From Meyerozyma guilliermondii (taxonomy: Eukaryota), in NCBI GenBank assembly GCA_051546255.1, contig CP128816.1:186001-250000 (forward strand): a stretch of 64,000 bases of DNA, in the 5' to 3' direction. Positions 42,901-53,300 of the stretch are shown one piece after another. Each line of letters begins with the position of its first letter. The stretch's first letter is position 1. The translations under genes and the position numbers were made by a program. Below the pieces are notes generated by a model that saw only the letters and a program-made list of their open reading frames with translations, did no database searches and had not been told where the DNA came from.

Positions 42901-43674
42901 CTAGCTTTCGGTCTCGCGCAACCATTCTATGTACTCGTCGATTACACTGGGCCAAGACGCCATCTCGTCGTATTCCAGAAGGTTTTCGGGGTCGCTGGCA
43001 ACAACCTCCTTGAAGAAGAGGTATACCATTCGCCAGGTATCCTTGGTTATGGATTTTTTGTGGGTGGTGAGAAACTGGAACCATTGGTCAAATCGGAGCT
43101 GGCATCCTTCGAATTCCGGTCGTTTGTACAAGAGCATTTTCCAGTATTCTACGGCGGTGTCTATGGCGAGGAGTCGTTGGCCAGGATTCTCCATTGAAAA
43201 GTCAAATGTGAAATTGTAGAGCTGGACAAACTGGAGTGGGTCGCACTGTTTGATGGTGGAGTCAAGGTTATCGATGTACTGTTTCATTTCCGCGACACTT
43301 CGAGCAGAGGTTTTGCTCCAGTTTCCAATGAACTTGGTTCGTGTGAATACACCCATTGAGGGCGCCTCCAAAAAAAAGGCAAGGGTTAAGCTTTTGGGAT
43401 CTTCGGGCTCGATGCCCAAGTCGTCGAGATACTTGAGCACACCATCCACATCTATGCGTTCTGGATCAGCGGGATCTTGGTATGTCTTATAAATATGCTC
43501 AATTTGCGGGTCTGAAGCTACTAGGGTCGCTCGAGACAGCCCATTTTCCAAGTAAGCGTTGACGGCTTCTTCGAGTTTCCAGTTGTGTTTTTCAAGTAGA
43601 CTTGTAGCTGTTGTTGGAGTACACCCGGTGATGCTTACGAGCTGGTTTCGAGCAGTAGAGCGTGACGGTGCCAT
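42901..43674 (-). CDS. DCN1: Cullin neddylation scaffold (DCN1 family)
   Basis: N-terminal UBA-like segment, LYNFTFDF, ITKDTW, YDEMASWPSVIDEY. Confidence 0.93.
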   Translation of the reverse strand: MAPSRSTARNQLVSITGCTPTTATSLLEKHNWKLEEAVNAYLENGLSRATLVASDPQIEHIYKTYQDPADPERIDVDGVLKYLDDLGIEPEDPKSLTLAFFLEAPSMGVFTRTKFIGNWSKTSARSVAEMKQYIDNLDSTIKQCDPLQFVQLYNFTFDFSMENPGQRLLAIDTAVEYWKMLLYKRPEFEGCQLRFDQWFQFLTTHKKSITKDTWRMVYLFFKEVVASDPENLLEYDEMASWPSVIDEYIEWLRETES

Positions 43675-43863
43675 ACTGAAGTGGTAAACGAGTTGGATAG
43701 TGTAGTAGTATACGCAACTAGTTCAGTAATGAATTTCGCAGCGATTACTCAATCTACGATTTCTCAATCAATCTCAAATACACAATCACGATCCACCAAA
43801 CAACGCCAAACAACACCAAGAAACACCAAACCAAAAGTAGGCCCGTATTATACACATCACTTT

Positions 43864-45729
43864 ATGGACGTCCGCACCATTCTCAGGGTCTACGATCTCC
43901 ATGATCTAGCCTCGTCTGTTTCAGACATTGAAAACGACGTAGCGCTTCTTTTAGAGTGGCTCAACCCGGCGAGTTCTCCGCCATTGGGTCCCGCCCAGCC
44001 TTCTCCCAGAGTCAAGGCAGCCATACGACGGTGCTTGAAGGACCAGGAAAGCCAAGTGGACTTTATACGACTTTATGCCAATTCGCTTCGTTCGAGTGTT
44101 CCGGGAACATTGGAAACAGCGCTGGAAGCTGGAAACTTTGACGACCTTATGGCACTCGTGGACACCTATGTGTCGTACTTCAGACTCTGTATTGACTATC
44201 TTGGCTTGGAACAGGCGGCAACCCAGATCTTTTATCGAAGTCTTCGTGCCATGTTTCGTGCGGGCCTATTGCTGCAAAAATCTTCATTTTCCAAAATGCT
44301 TTCGTCGTATCTCGAAAAGAACCTCGTAATACCTCTGGCTACGCTGCCGGAAGCACACAAGAAAATCCAGTTGCTAGCGCACATTGGCATGTCGGAAGAG
44401 GTTGCGGCACTCGTCACCAGTCTTGCTATCAATCGTATACGAAACTATGTCCGATCAACTTGTGCTGGCGTGTGGGATCGTCCGGTTCTCCAAAACCTCA
44501 ACAGGTGGGTGGAGAGCCAATTGCACTGTTTCCATACCATAGACCCGTCTTTTGCTCCACTTCATCATCTCGTCAAAGTGGCCCATACCGAGCTCGTGCT
44601 GACTAGAATAATCGAGCTTTTCAACTTGGTTGCGGCCTACCCACACTCCTCGGTGGCTCTCCAAGAACTCCACGAATGTGTTCTGCTGACGGGTGAATCT
44701 GCTGCAGAAAAACTGTCGCACCGTGCCAAGTTGGTGGACGCTTTCATTGAACAATGCAACCAAAAACTTCTTCATTCCGGCGCCAATACAGTGGAGGTAA
44801 TAACGACGTATGCGGCAACAATTCGGTCGTTTTTGGTCATAGACCCGAAGGGTGTGCTCCTAGACAAGGTTGTGCGCCCAATTCGTCGGTATCTCAAGGG
44901 CCGCGAGGATATTATTATCACTCTTGTACATGGCCTTCTTGATGATGGTGAGGCTAACCCACTTCACGAGCTTGCCCGTGAGTTGCGCCGTGGCCTGAGT
45001 GTTCCTGTTCAGGTTGGAGACGAAGACATGTCCCAATGGATGCCTGATCCAATCGATGCCCTTCCTGATTTCAAGAAGGGAAAAGTTACCGATATCATAG
45101 AATCTCTCATCTCGATCTTTGATCTGAAGGATATTTTCATTTCAGAGTTCACCCAGATCTTTGGTAACCGCTTGATTAACCTCCACGACTACGATACTCT
45201 GCCCATTCAGCAACAATTGGACCTCCTCAAACTCAAATTCGGCACCGAAGAGTTCTCTACTCTTGATGTAATGATTCGAGATGTCATCAACAGCAGACAA
45301 ACTAATACCGACATCTCAGGAAATCTTCCCTTTCATTCTTTAATCCTTTCACACATGTATTGGACAAGCGTTTCCGAAAACATTTCCGACGTTGACCACT
45401 TTGACCTGTCTCATCTCAAAAGTTACTTTGAAACATACAATGACAAGTTTAAGAAAAATAAACGAGGTCGGTCTCTCGAGCTTGTTCCAAGCTTGGGCCA
45501 AGTGACGCTCGAGATTGAAACACAGGGGTCCACGCAAACTTTTAGTGTTTCTCCAAGTGAAGCAGCTGTGGTCTTAGAATTTGGCTCAAACGTCTCCCAA
45601 CTCAGTATTGCAGATATATGCTCGAGGCTCAACATGCAACAATACCCTGCACGCACTGCGTTGGATGCCTGGGTCAAGAGAGGAGTATTGGTTGAAAAAT
45701 CTCCAGACGTCTTTACGGCGGTCGATTAA
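43864..45729 (+). CDS. APC2: Anaphase-promoting complex cullin-like subunit 2
   Basis: LLHSGANT, DPKGVLLDKVVRPIRRYL, WMPDPIDA, ILSHMYW; likely ATG at 43864. Confidence 0.9.
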   Translation: MDVRTILRVYDLHDLASSVSDIENDVALLLEWLNPASSPPLGPAQPSPRVKAAIRRCLKDQESQVDFIRLYANSLRSSVPGTLETALEAGNFDDLMALVDTYVSYFRLCIDYLGLEQAATQIFYRSLRAMFRAGLLLQKSSFSKMLSSYLEKNLVIPLATLPEAHKKIQLLAHIGMSEEVAALVTSLAINRIRNYVRSTCAGVWDRPVLQNLNRWVESQLHCFHTIDPSFAPLHHLVKVAHTELVLTRIIELFNLVAAYPHSSVALQELHECVLLTGESAAEKLSHRAKLVDAFIEQCNQKLLHSGANTVEVITTYAATIRSFLVIDPKGVLLDKVVRPIRRYLKGREDIIITLVHGLLDDGEANPLHELARELRRGLSVPVQVGDEDMSQWMPDPIDALPDFKKGKVTDIIESLISIFDLKDIFISEFTQIFGNRLINLHDYDTLPIQQQLDLLKLKFGTEEFSTLDVMIRDVINSRQTNTDISGNLPFHSLILSHMYWTSVSENISDVDHFDLSHLKSYFETYNDKFKKNKRGRSLELVPSLGQVTLEIETQGSTQTFSVSPSEAAVVLEFGSNVSQLSIADICSRLNMQQYPARTALDAWVKRGVLVEKSPDVFTAVD

Positions 45730-45772
45730 ATAAAATTCAATTAATACACTTAGCATTACGTTTGACATGTCT

Positions 45773-47320
45773 CTAGTTTACCGATTTGGATATTTCCACC
45801 CCCTGCTTCTTTTGGTTATAAGCTTGGGTAGGCTGCCACTTGCGAGTGCTGCGAATCTCATCCATGGCGTAGCCTGGTATACGAATATTCCAGTTGCGCT
45901 CCAAATGGAGTTGAATATCCTTGACATCCACAGAGTCCACTTTGCGATGTTTAGCGAGCCTGCAAGCAAATCCAGTCACAGAGCTAATGAACTCATCCGC
46001 AAGATCCAATAACAATTCTTCAACATCACCATCAATGGTAGTTTTCCCATCTCCTTCATCTGCTCCAATGCTGTTCACCAACTCAGACAACTTCCTCTTA
46101 GTCAAGACCCTTCCACCATTGTCAGGAAGGGCACTAGGACCGCCAGTGCTAGACAAGTCGTAAGTTGGCATCCTAAGAACAGAAGGAGTACCCAACAGTT
46201 GACCTATACCATTGGCTACACCTCCTGCGAGGGTAGGTCTATTATTGGGGTTAGGTTTGAGTGTGACAGCGGCTGGTGGTTTCACGTTGATGGTATTTGA
46301 GATTGGCATGGACGAGACGCTAGGCTTTGTGATTCCAGACAAGTTGATAGCGGGTGGTCCAGGGGTTTGGTTGGGGCTTGTTTTGGAAGGTGTTCCATTG
46401 GTTTTGCCGGAAGCAGGAGGCGATGCGGACCGGCCACTTGAACCAATTCCTCCGGATGGCGTTCCGGGCCTGATATCCCCTTGAGGCGAGCCAGCAGATT
46501 TGGTGAGAGCGGGAGAGCCTGCGCCCTGGGCAGAACCTGGTCTCAAGCGAGGATCGGGTCCTGACGCTCCACCACCCATTGCAGGCGTGCCTACCTTTAC
46601 AGCAGGACTTCCCGCCGAGGCTGGTGTGCCGCCTTGAGCACCTCTCTCCAATTGACCCTTCATGTACACAGCAACCTTTTGATACTGTGCAAACTTGGAT
46701 CGAAACTGATTCAATTGGTTGTCAGTGTTCGCAGCTTGTTCGGCTGACAATCCGTTAGCCTTTCTTGTCTCAAGATCATTGATCTGCTTGCTCAACTCGG
46801 TTAGCACCGTGTTGATTCTCTTGAGGTTTTCGGCGGAAACAGCAAGCGCCGGGGTAGAGCCTTGTGCACCGGCCGTCGTTCCAGGTTGCGGTGCAGAGGC
46901 TGGACCAGCATTTTGACGCTGAGCTGCCAAATTCTGGGGCATGCTCTGTGGAACCGGAGAAGATCCTTGTCTATTAGCAATCTGCGAGGAACCAGGGTTG
47001 CTGGTGCTAAGTCTTGGATTCATGGTGGACCCTTGTGGAGTTTGTTGTGGATTCATTTGGTTTTGCTGTTGTTGACGAGCATTTTGTTGCATTGTCTGGT
47101 ACTTCTTCAAGATCTGCCTCAAAGACTCAACTTTGGCATAGTGCTTGGCTCGATCTGCCTCATTGGTGGCGGCTTGTGCAAGAGCTGCTTCTTTCTGTAA
47201 AGCCTGGACAAATTGACCGACGTATTTCAGCTGAATAGTAGGGATCTGAGCCTGGGAACGTGTCTGTTGGCCCTGTTGGGGTATCTGCTGGGGCTGGTTG
47301 CCCTGGTTGCCCTGATTCAT
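45773..47320 (-). CDS. TAF12: TFIID/SAGA subunit Taf12 with Q/P/S/G-rich N-terminus
   Basis: RVLTKRKLSELV, DVEELLLDLADEF, ACRLAKHR, HLERNWNIRIPGY histone fold. Confidence 0.93.
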   Translation of the reverse strand: MNQGNQGNQPQQIPQQGQQTRSQAQIPTIQLKYVGQFVQALQKEAALAQAATNEADRAKHYAKVESLRQILKKYQTMQQNARQQQQNQMNPQQTPQGSTMNPRLSTSNPGSSQIANRQGSSPVPQSMPQNLAAQRQNAGPASAPQPGTTAGAQGSTPALAVSAENLKRINTVLTELSKQINDLETRKANGLSAEQAANTDNQLNQFRSKFAQYQKVAVYMKGQLERGAQGGTPASAGSPAVKVGTPAMGGGASGPDPRLRPGSAQGAGSPALTKSAGSPQGDIRPGTPSGGIGSSGRSASPPASGKTNGTPSKTSPNQTPGPPAINLSGITKPSVSSMPISNTINVKPPAAVTLKPNPNNRPTLAGGVANGIGQLLGTPSVLRMPTYDLSSTGGPSALPDNGGRVLTKRKLSELVNSIGADEGDGKTTIDGDVEELLLDLADEFISSVTGFACRLAKHRKVDSVDVKDIQLHLERNWNIRIPGYAMDEIRSTRKWQPTQAYNQKKQGVEISKSVN

Positions 47321-47913
47321 TGGTCTTGGGTTGGATGTGAAGATGGAAAAGAGGAGCGACTTTGAAGAAGTTCAATCGAGGCAAGTTATGAGAGGCTGTA
47401 TGCAGGAACGGGCCCACGATGAATTGGGTGCAAAATCGGTGGTTTTGAGCTTGCTATTTCAGAAAAGGAAGTGAGGCGGAAGAGTAGTTTTGGGCATTTT
47501 TTTATGCTTTGAGCTTACTGGAGGCTGAAATCGTTTTTAAAATTTTCAATTTTTGATATTTTCTCGATAAAGTGTGTGCTCTCTGTATAATCATTTTCAG
47601 TACTAATCCTATAATTCAATTTCGAACTTAGCTTGTAATCAATGAAAGTTCTTTTTTGCTTCAGCTTTCTTGACTTTTCATTCAAAATTGTTCGGCTCTT
47701 CTCATCTTCTTTAGCAGGAACGAAACGTTGCCTCGTTGTTGGCTGCGATGACACTAAGTAAAAGTGTCCTCTTCTTCCCTGACGTAGAGTTCTGCTCTCT
47801 CATGGATCCCCTTAGTGGATTGCAAATCTAAATACATCATTCCGATAATCTATTGTAAATCTATAAGGTGAAAAATAATACCAGGTTTTGATCCACGCTC
47901 ACTTAAATCGGTG

Positions 47914-50196
47914 TCACAATGCAAAGCACCGTTCGACGCTTTTCTCATTGTTACCCCACCAATTTGGCATAACCAACCCCACTGAGTACAAAGCAAAAAT
48001 AATTAATACTGCAAGATTGTATCCCGTGTCAAATGCTGCAGCCATAATATAATTATATTTCTGCCAGAGCGAATGATGGTAATGGAATGCCCAGAATGCT
48101 GTCACTGTTCCTCCCAAAAACTTCGACAAGTATCCAGTAGAAATGTTTCCATAGAAGACTGTCATACTCGAAAAGAAAACAGTAGTGTTCCACAACTGAA
48201 AATTCAACTTGCTGTTAGGAAAACGTTTATACAACGCAAAGATCGTCAAGGGACCTACTAAACCAAGTAAAAAGCCATAGGGAAGCCATTTATAATTTTC
48301 AAATAATCTTGAGGGTCCCAAGACAACATATTGGATTGCATTTGAATGGAGCGATGTTATCCCTTGAGCGGTCCATTGATGAAGCGGGTCAACCTTAGTA
48401 CCGTCCAAGTACGCTCTCTTCGTATTGAGCACCCACCTGACTGCCAAGTAGTTTATTGGCACTCCTATAAGCTCTCCGTAAAGTTGACAAAGAAAAACTG
48501 CTTTTGGTGGTAAGTGGTTGTAGAAGCCAATTCTCATACACTGGAGATGAAATTGTGCTCTGTACCAAGCATCCCCGGCAATTGAACCAAAGACGGCTCC
48601 ACTAACAGGATGTATTTTGGCTTGTCCTTGAATCAAGTACCCATAAAACAACTCATTGAAAGTTCCAATGGCTAGCTGGAAATTCGATAAGGCGTAGAGC
48701 CATGCAAGAGGAGTGACAATTATAGCACCCAATACTAAGCCAATTATACAGCACCACCAAGGCATGAACATTTGACCTGACAAGAAGATGGTCATCAACG
48801 TGACAAACGAAACTGTGAAAAGTATGAGGTACCATGAATTGGGTACTGGATCATATCTATTTTGCAATTTGTTCAATGTGTCAGTATGAACAATTTTTTT
48901 AGATCCACGGTGCCGCTTGATAGACTCCACGATTTCGTCATATCTGAATGCTAATATCCATACTACTCCACTAATGTAGGCAGCATAGTCAAAGAAAATA
49001 TTCCATGCTCTTTGTGCCCCAAGAAGGACTGGGCCATACTTTTCGTATGCTTTCTGATTGAAGGTAAGGTCGTCGTTCAATAGCTTAGAAGAAGGATATG
49101 GTTCACCTGAAGTGGTGAAAAGACTGTTGGACATTAGTCCATGGTGGTAACTGATGAGACTGCTCCATTTTGCAATGGGAAGTAATATCCAGGCTCCGAT
49201 GACAAATGCTATGAACTGAATCACCTGGACCCAGTAAGGGAAAAGCATGATTGTTGAGTTGATGTTAGCCCAATCTAAAGAGAGATTGAGTACTCCCATA
49301 CCGCCCAAGCCTGAACCAAGGAAATTCAACACCTTGTTGTATGGTGCTATCCAGCATAAAATTGCCAAAGACGACGTCATGGGGAAAATGTATTCCGGGA
49401 AGAGTTGCCAGATAGCCACCGATCCCAAAACCATGAAAAAAAGCTTCATTCGTCTGCCACCAAGTTTGGGATCTTTGTCGGCTTTTTCTTGGGTTTGAAG
49501 TAAGGTTGTTTGCATGAGTGCCTGGGGCCAAGGAAGCTGAGGATCGTATAGGACCAAATCCTTGGCAATTGCACCGTAAGAGTAGCCCACAAACACAATT
49601 GCCCACATGAATGCAATTGCAGTGACCGGATGAACTTTTTCACCGAATCGTAAATCAGCCAAAGAAATTGCGTTGGTAGCCAAATTTCCTGTGGCTCCAC
49701 TGCTGGCTGTTATCGTGATCATGGCGGTTTCTTTGATCGACCACGGACCTGGATTCAAGTTGAAACTCCATCTGAAGACTGAAACTCTCTTTTTAGGAAG
49801 TACCTCGGCAAGCCATTTACCTGCCCAATGACAAGCAATTTGAACAAAAAAAATCGAATAAGCGGCAGCAGTGGTTCTATAGGTATTCATAGTGTCGATG
49901 AAGGCTCCAGGAATGACAAATAATGTAGAGAGCAAAAAGTACCGAAATGTGATCACCGGCAAATTCACATCATCTTCCAAGGAAACAGACTCACGAACCA
50001 TGTCGGGAATTTCGTCATCTTTTGCTATTTCCTCTTGCCTAGTGCTGTCTGAATCCAGCTGCAGAGCTCTGCTTGTTTCATCTTGCTCGGTGGAACCATA
50101 TTTGGTTCTGACTCTTAGCAATGGATCTCTTGCTTCTTCATGTTGATTCAAGAATTGGTACTTTCCGCCTTCGTCTTTACGACGACCAGACAGCAT
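47914..50196 (-). CDS. OPT-family oligopeptide transporter
   Basis: NPGPWSIKE, FPEYIFP, GGMGVLNLSLDW, KYNYIMAAAFDTG, WWGN; many TM segments. Confidence 0.92.
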   Translation of the reverse strand: MLSGRRKDEGGKYQFLNQHEEARDPLLRVRTKYGSTEQDETSRALQLDSDSTRQEEIAKDDEIPDMVRESVSLEDDVNLPVITFRYFLLSTLFVIPGAFIDTMNTYRTTAAAYSIFFVQIACHWAGKWLAEVLPKKRVSVFRWSFNLNPGPWSIKETAMITITASSGATGNLATNAISLADLRFGEKVHPVTAIAFMWAIVFVGYSYGAIAKDLVLYDPQLPWPQALMQTTLLQTQEKADKDPKLGGRRMKLFFMVLGSVAIWQLFPEYIFPMTSSLAILCWIAPYNKVLNFLGSGLGGMGVLNLSLDWANINSTIMLFPYWVQVIQFIAFVIGAWILLPIAKWSSLISYHHGLMSNSLFTTSGEPYPSSKLLNDDLTFNQKAYEKYGPVLLGAQRAWNIFFDYAAYISGVVWILAFRYDEIVESIKRHRGSKKIVHTDTLNKLQNRYDPVPNSWYLILFTVSFVTLMTIFLSGQMFMPWWCCIIGLVLGAIIVTPLAWLYALSNFQLAIGTFNELFYGYLIQGQAKIHPVSGAVFGSIAGDAWYRAQFHLQCMRIGFYNHLPPKAVFLCQLYGELIGVPINYLAVRWVLNTKRAYLDGTKVDPLHQWTAQGITSLHSNAIQYVVLGPSRLFENYKWLPYGFLLGLVGPLTIFALYKRFPNSKLNFQLWNTTVFFSSMTVFYGNISTGYLSKFLGGTVTAFWAFHYHHSLWQKYNYIMAAAFDTGYNLAVLIIFALYSVGLVMPNWWGNNEKSVERCFAL

Positions 50197-50379
50197 TTTA
50201 AAGGTAGAAAGGGATTAGAAGATGACACACTATTCACCACGTTTCAATGGGTAGCAAGAGTGATATTGAGTACGGTTGCTCAAAATTGTTATCGCACTGT
50301 TTGAAATTGCGAATTCTTACAAATTTACAATTGTTGCAAAATGTGGCTGCGAAAAATTACAAAACACACCAAAATTTTT

Positions 50380-53300
50380 TTATTGTGTCAACACCATCTC
50401 TATAATCGGCAACACATCTTGACTTGAAGTGTCGATGGTGGATTCTGGATTTGATAGTTTTTCCTCAATTAGCCTATCGAGCATGAGTCTTAACTGCTTC
50501 AAAAGAACACCATTTTTGCACCAAGTTCTCACGGGGATCCAGTTGTCAAGCACAATTCCTGGCGATGGCCTTCCGGTGTTGAGACATTCAGCAACGTCAT
50601 AGGATATCTCACCTCCTAGCAACACGGTTGCCAAGGAACTCGTTGGGGTCAATTCTCGAATATACAACTTGGTGGAAAAATGGGAGTTGCCAAAAACCAC
50701 AAACGGTGCTTTTAAAGCTTTGGAGTTCAGCAGTACTTTGGGTGTCAAATCAGCCTTATAGCCTGACCGTGCCTTTGCCATATCTATATTGCCTTCTTCA
50801 TCCATGAACTCCTTCAAGTCGGGAGATACAATGTCTTCTGCACTGGTATCAAAGAGCACCGAAGATGGATGAATGAAAGCTCGAGATGCTGGAAGCTCTT
50901 CTGAGGAGTCATTATCTTTTTCATAGTTTTCGTTTCTGATCCAAAATTTGGAAAGCCTGGCATCAGGGTCCATGGCAACGGCTCCAACTGAGGATTGGAA
51001 ATACTTTGCTTCTGGGTACTGAACCCTTGCAACGTTGGGATAATATGCTCCGGTAAGTACAGCCAGCACAATGGTCAAGTTGGAGCTGTTTCTATTGAGA
51101 TTCGAGATATTTTCCTTGTTTCTGGAATTGTAGCTCATAGGCACAAATCCAATATTTTTCAAAATCGAAACGAATTGTTCTCTCGTGGATGATATGGTGG
51201 TCAAGTTGAGATACGAAAGGTAGTTGTCCTTTATGAACTTTTTGGTATTTTGGCCTTTGAATCTCATCATGTTGTATTCATCAAATGCAATTGCCAGGGC
51301 AATAAAGTCTCCATGTCCTTTGGAAAAACTCGATTGAACCTGTTTGATTTTGTCTCGGTTTTCAAAACTGTTCAAGAACGGCGACCCACTCGAGCTCACA
51401 GCTGCTAGCGTCAAACTTATATCCAAGCAGCCAAAAATGCAGCCAAGAATAAGCAACTTTCCACTAGGAAGATCGGTGGGAAGATATGATAAATACTTTC
51501 CCAAATACGTCAAGTTACCTTCATTCAACGCTCCCATCTCTGTAAGTAATTGCAGCGATTTGGCTAGCGAAGACAGATCTGGAGGATCAATTCCACTGTT
51601 AAGAAATGCTTCGACATTGTCAATACCCATGGACTTAACAACCAAGTACAAGTTTTCAAGTCTGGTCCTCATGATTTCAGGAATAGGTTGCGCCAACATT
51701 TGTGCTTGTGTCTCGGTGGTATAAAGATGGTAACATGTTCCGTTTGTGATACGACCAGATCTACCTCTTCTCTGACCAACCTCGGCTTTTGAGCACCAAT
51801 TCTCTACCAACTTTGTTGCATCCATTTGAGAATCATAGAAAAGCGATTTTGATCTTCCCGAGTCTATCACAACTACACAGTCGGGAATGGTGATGGAAGT
51901 TTCTGCCACATTTGTTGCAACGACAATTTTCCTTGCGCCTTTAGGAGGCCGAAGAAACACTTTCTTCTGCTCGCTGGGAGAAAGTGCAGAGTGCAATGGG
52001 AGACACCAGCAATCCATACGATTGTTGGAAAATAACTCTTCAATTTTTCTAATGGTGCGGTTGATTTCCATCACTCCAGGTAAAAAGATCAAAAACGAAC
52101 CTTCAGAGTCTGCACTATCGCTGGCAATCTTCAAACACAACTGTGCTATCAAGTCGTAATTGAGATTGCCCAACTTGAAAAACCGAGAGTCAGCTTTAGG
52201 TTGCAATTTCTCACCGTCGTCAGACATTATGGTGAAGTTGAGATCGTCCAAAATGGAATCCAAATAGTAATCTTTGATGGGGAAAGTTCGTCCTTCGATG
52301 TGGATATGGTTCACTTTTGTACCGAAAAAGCTATTGAATGTATCAATGTTGATTGTTGCCGACATAAGAACAATCTTGAGATCTGGAAACCGGGACATTA
52401 CTGTCTTGAGCACAATCAACAAAAAGTCACTGTCAACAGATCTTTCGTGAACCTCGTCAATGAAGATGTATCCTAGACTTTCAAACACACTTTCATCGTC
52501 TTTGTTCGATGCTAAAAATGATTGGAGCATACGCAATAAGACACCGGTAGTGACGAATGAGATTCTGGTTTCGGGACCAGTTTTATTTTCGCCTCGAATA
52601 ATGTAACCAGTTTCCTTACCAACCACAGACAACCTCTCGTCGCTGATTCTCTCAGCAAGACCCATGGTTGAAATTCTTCGTGGTTGGGTGCAAATTATTC
52701 TTGACTTGAAATCGCCTTGAGAGTTCATGTAATCGAGCATGAATTGTACTGCTTGAGTGGATTTTCCAGACCCAGTTTCTCCGGTGATTAATGTCACTTT
52801 ATGGGAATTGATAGCCTCAACGATCCTTTCCCTCTTTTTCCACGCTGGTAAGCGCATTCTGTCAGAAATAGACGACTTCATTTTTGAAGATTTCATCAAA
52901 TCTTGATACTTTTGTGCGAGCTCTTCCACATTTATGTCGTTTGCTTTTGGTCTCCTCGAGGTAGTTTTGGTCTTGGTTTTGGACTTTGAGGAAGCCGATA
53001 CCCTGCTGCGGGAAGCAAAGGAGCCAGAAACCAAAGGACCGGGATTATCAATAATTGATGCGATATTGCTCTCAAGCCATTCCACTATCAAGTACACCAT
53101 GCACTCACCGACAAAGCTATTCTCCAAGATATAAGACAAGAGCTGTTTGAGAATCGAGATCTTGATATACTTGGCCAATTTGAAAGAAGGATCAGCAACA
53201 ATAATTTGGATTCCAGGAAGATTATTGGGGTAGTCGTCACAGCGCAACAAGCGAACTTGAAACAAACCAGCAGAAATGTTTTCTGGACTCAAGGAAATGT

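Noticed and set aside
23820..47320. Co-location of TAF6/TAF12 and PRP5/SLU7 as a functional cluster
   Set aside because: Separated by unrelated genes; consistent with ordinary synteny rather than a gene cluster.
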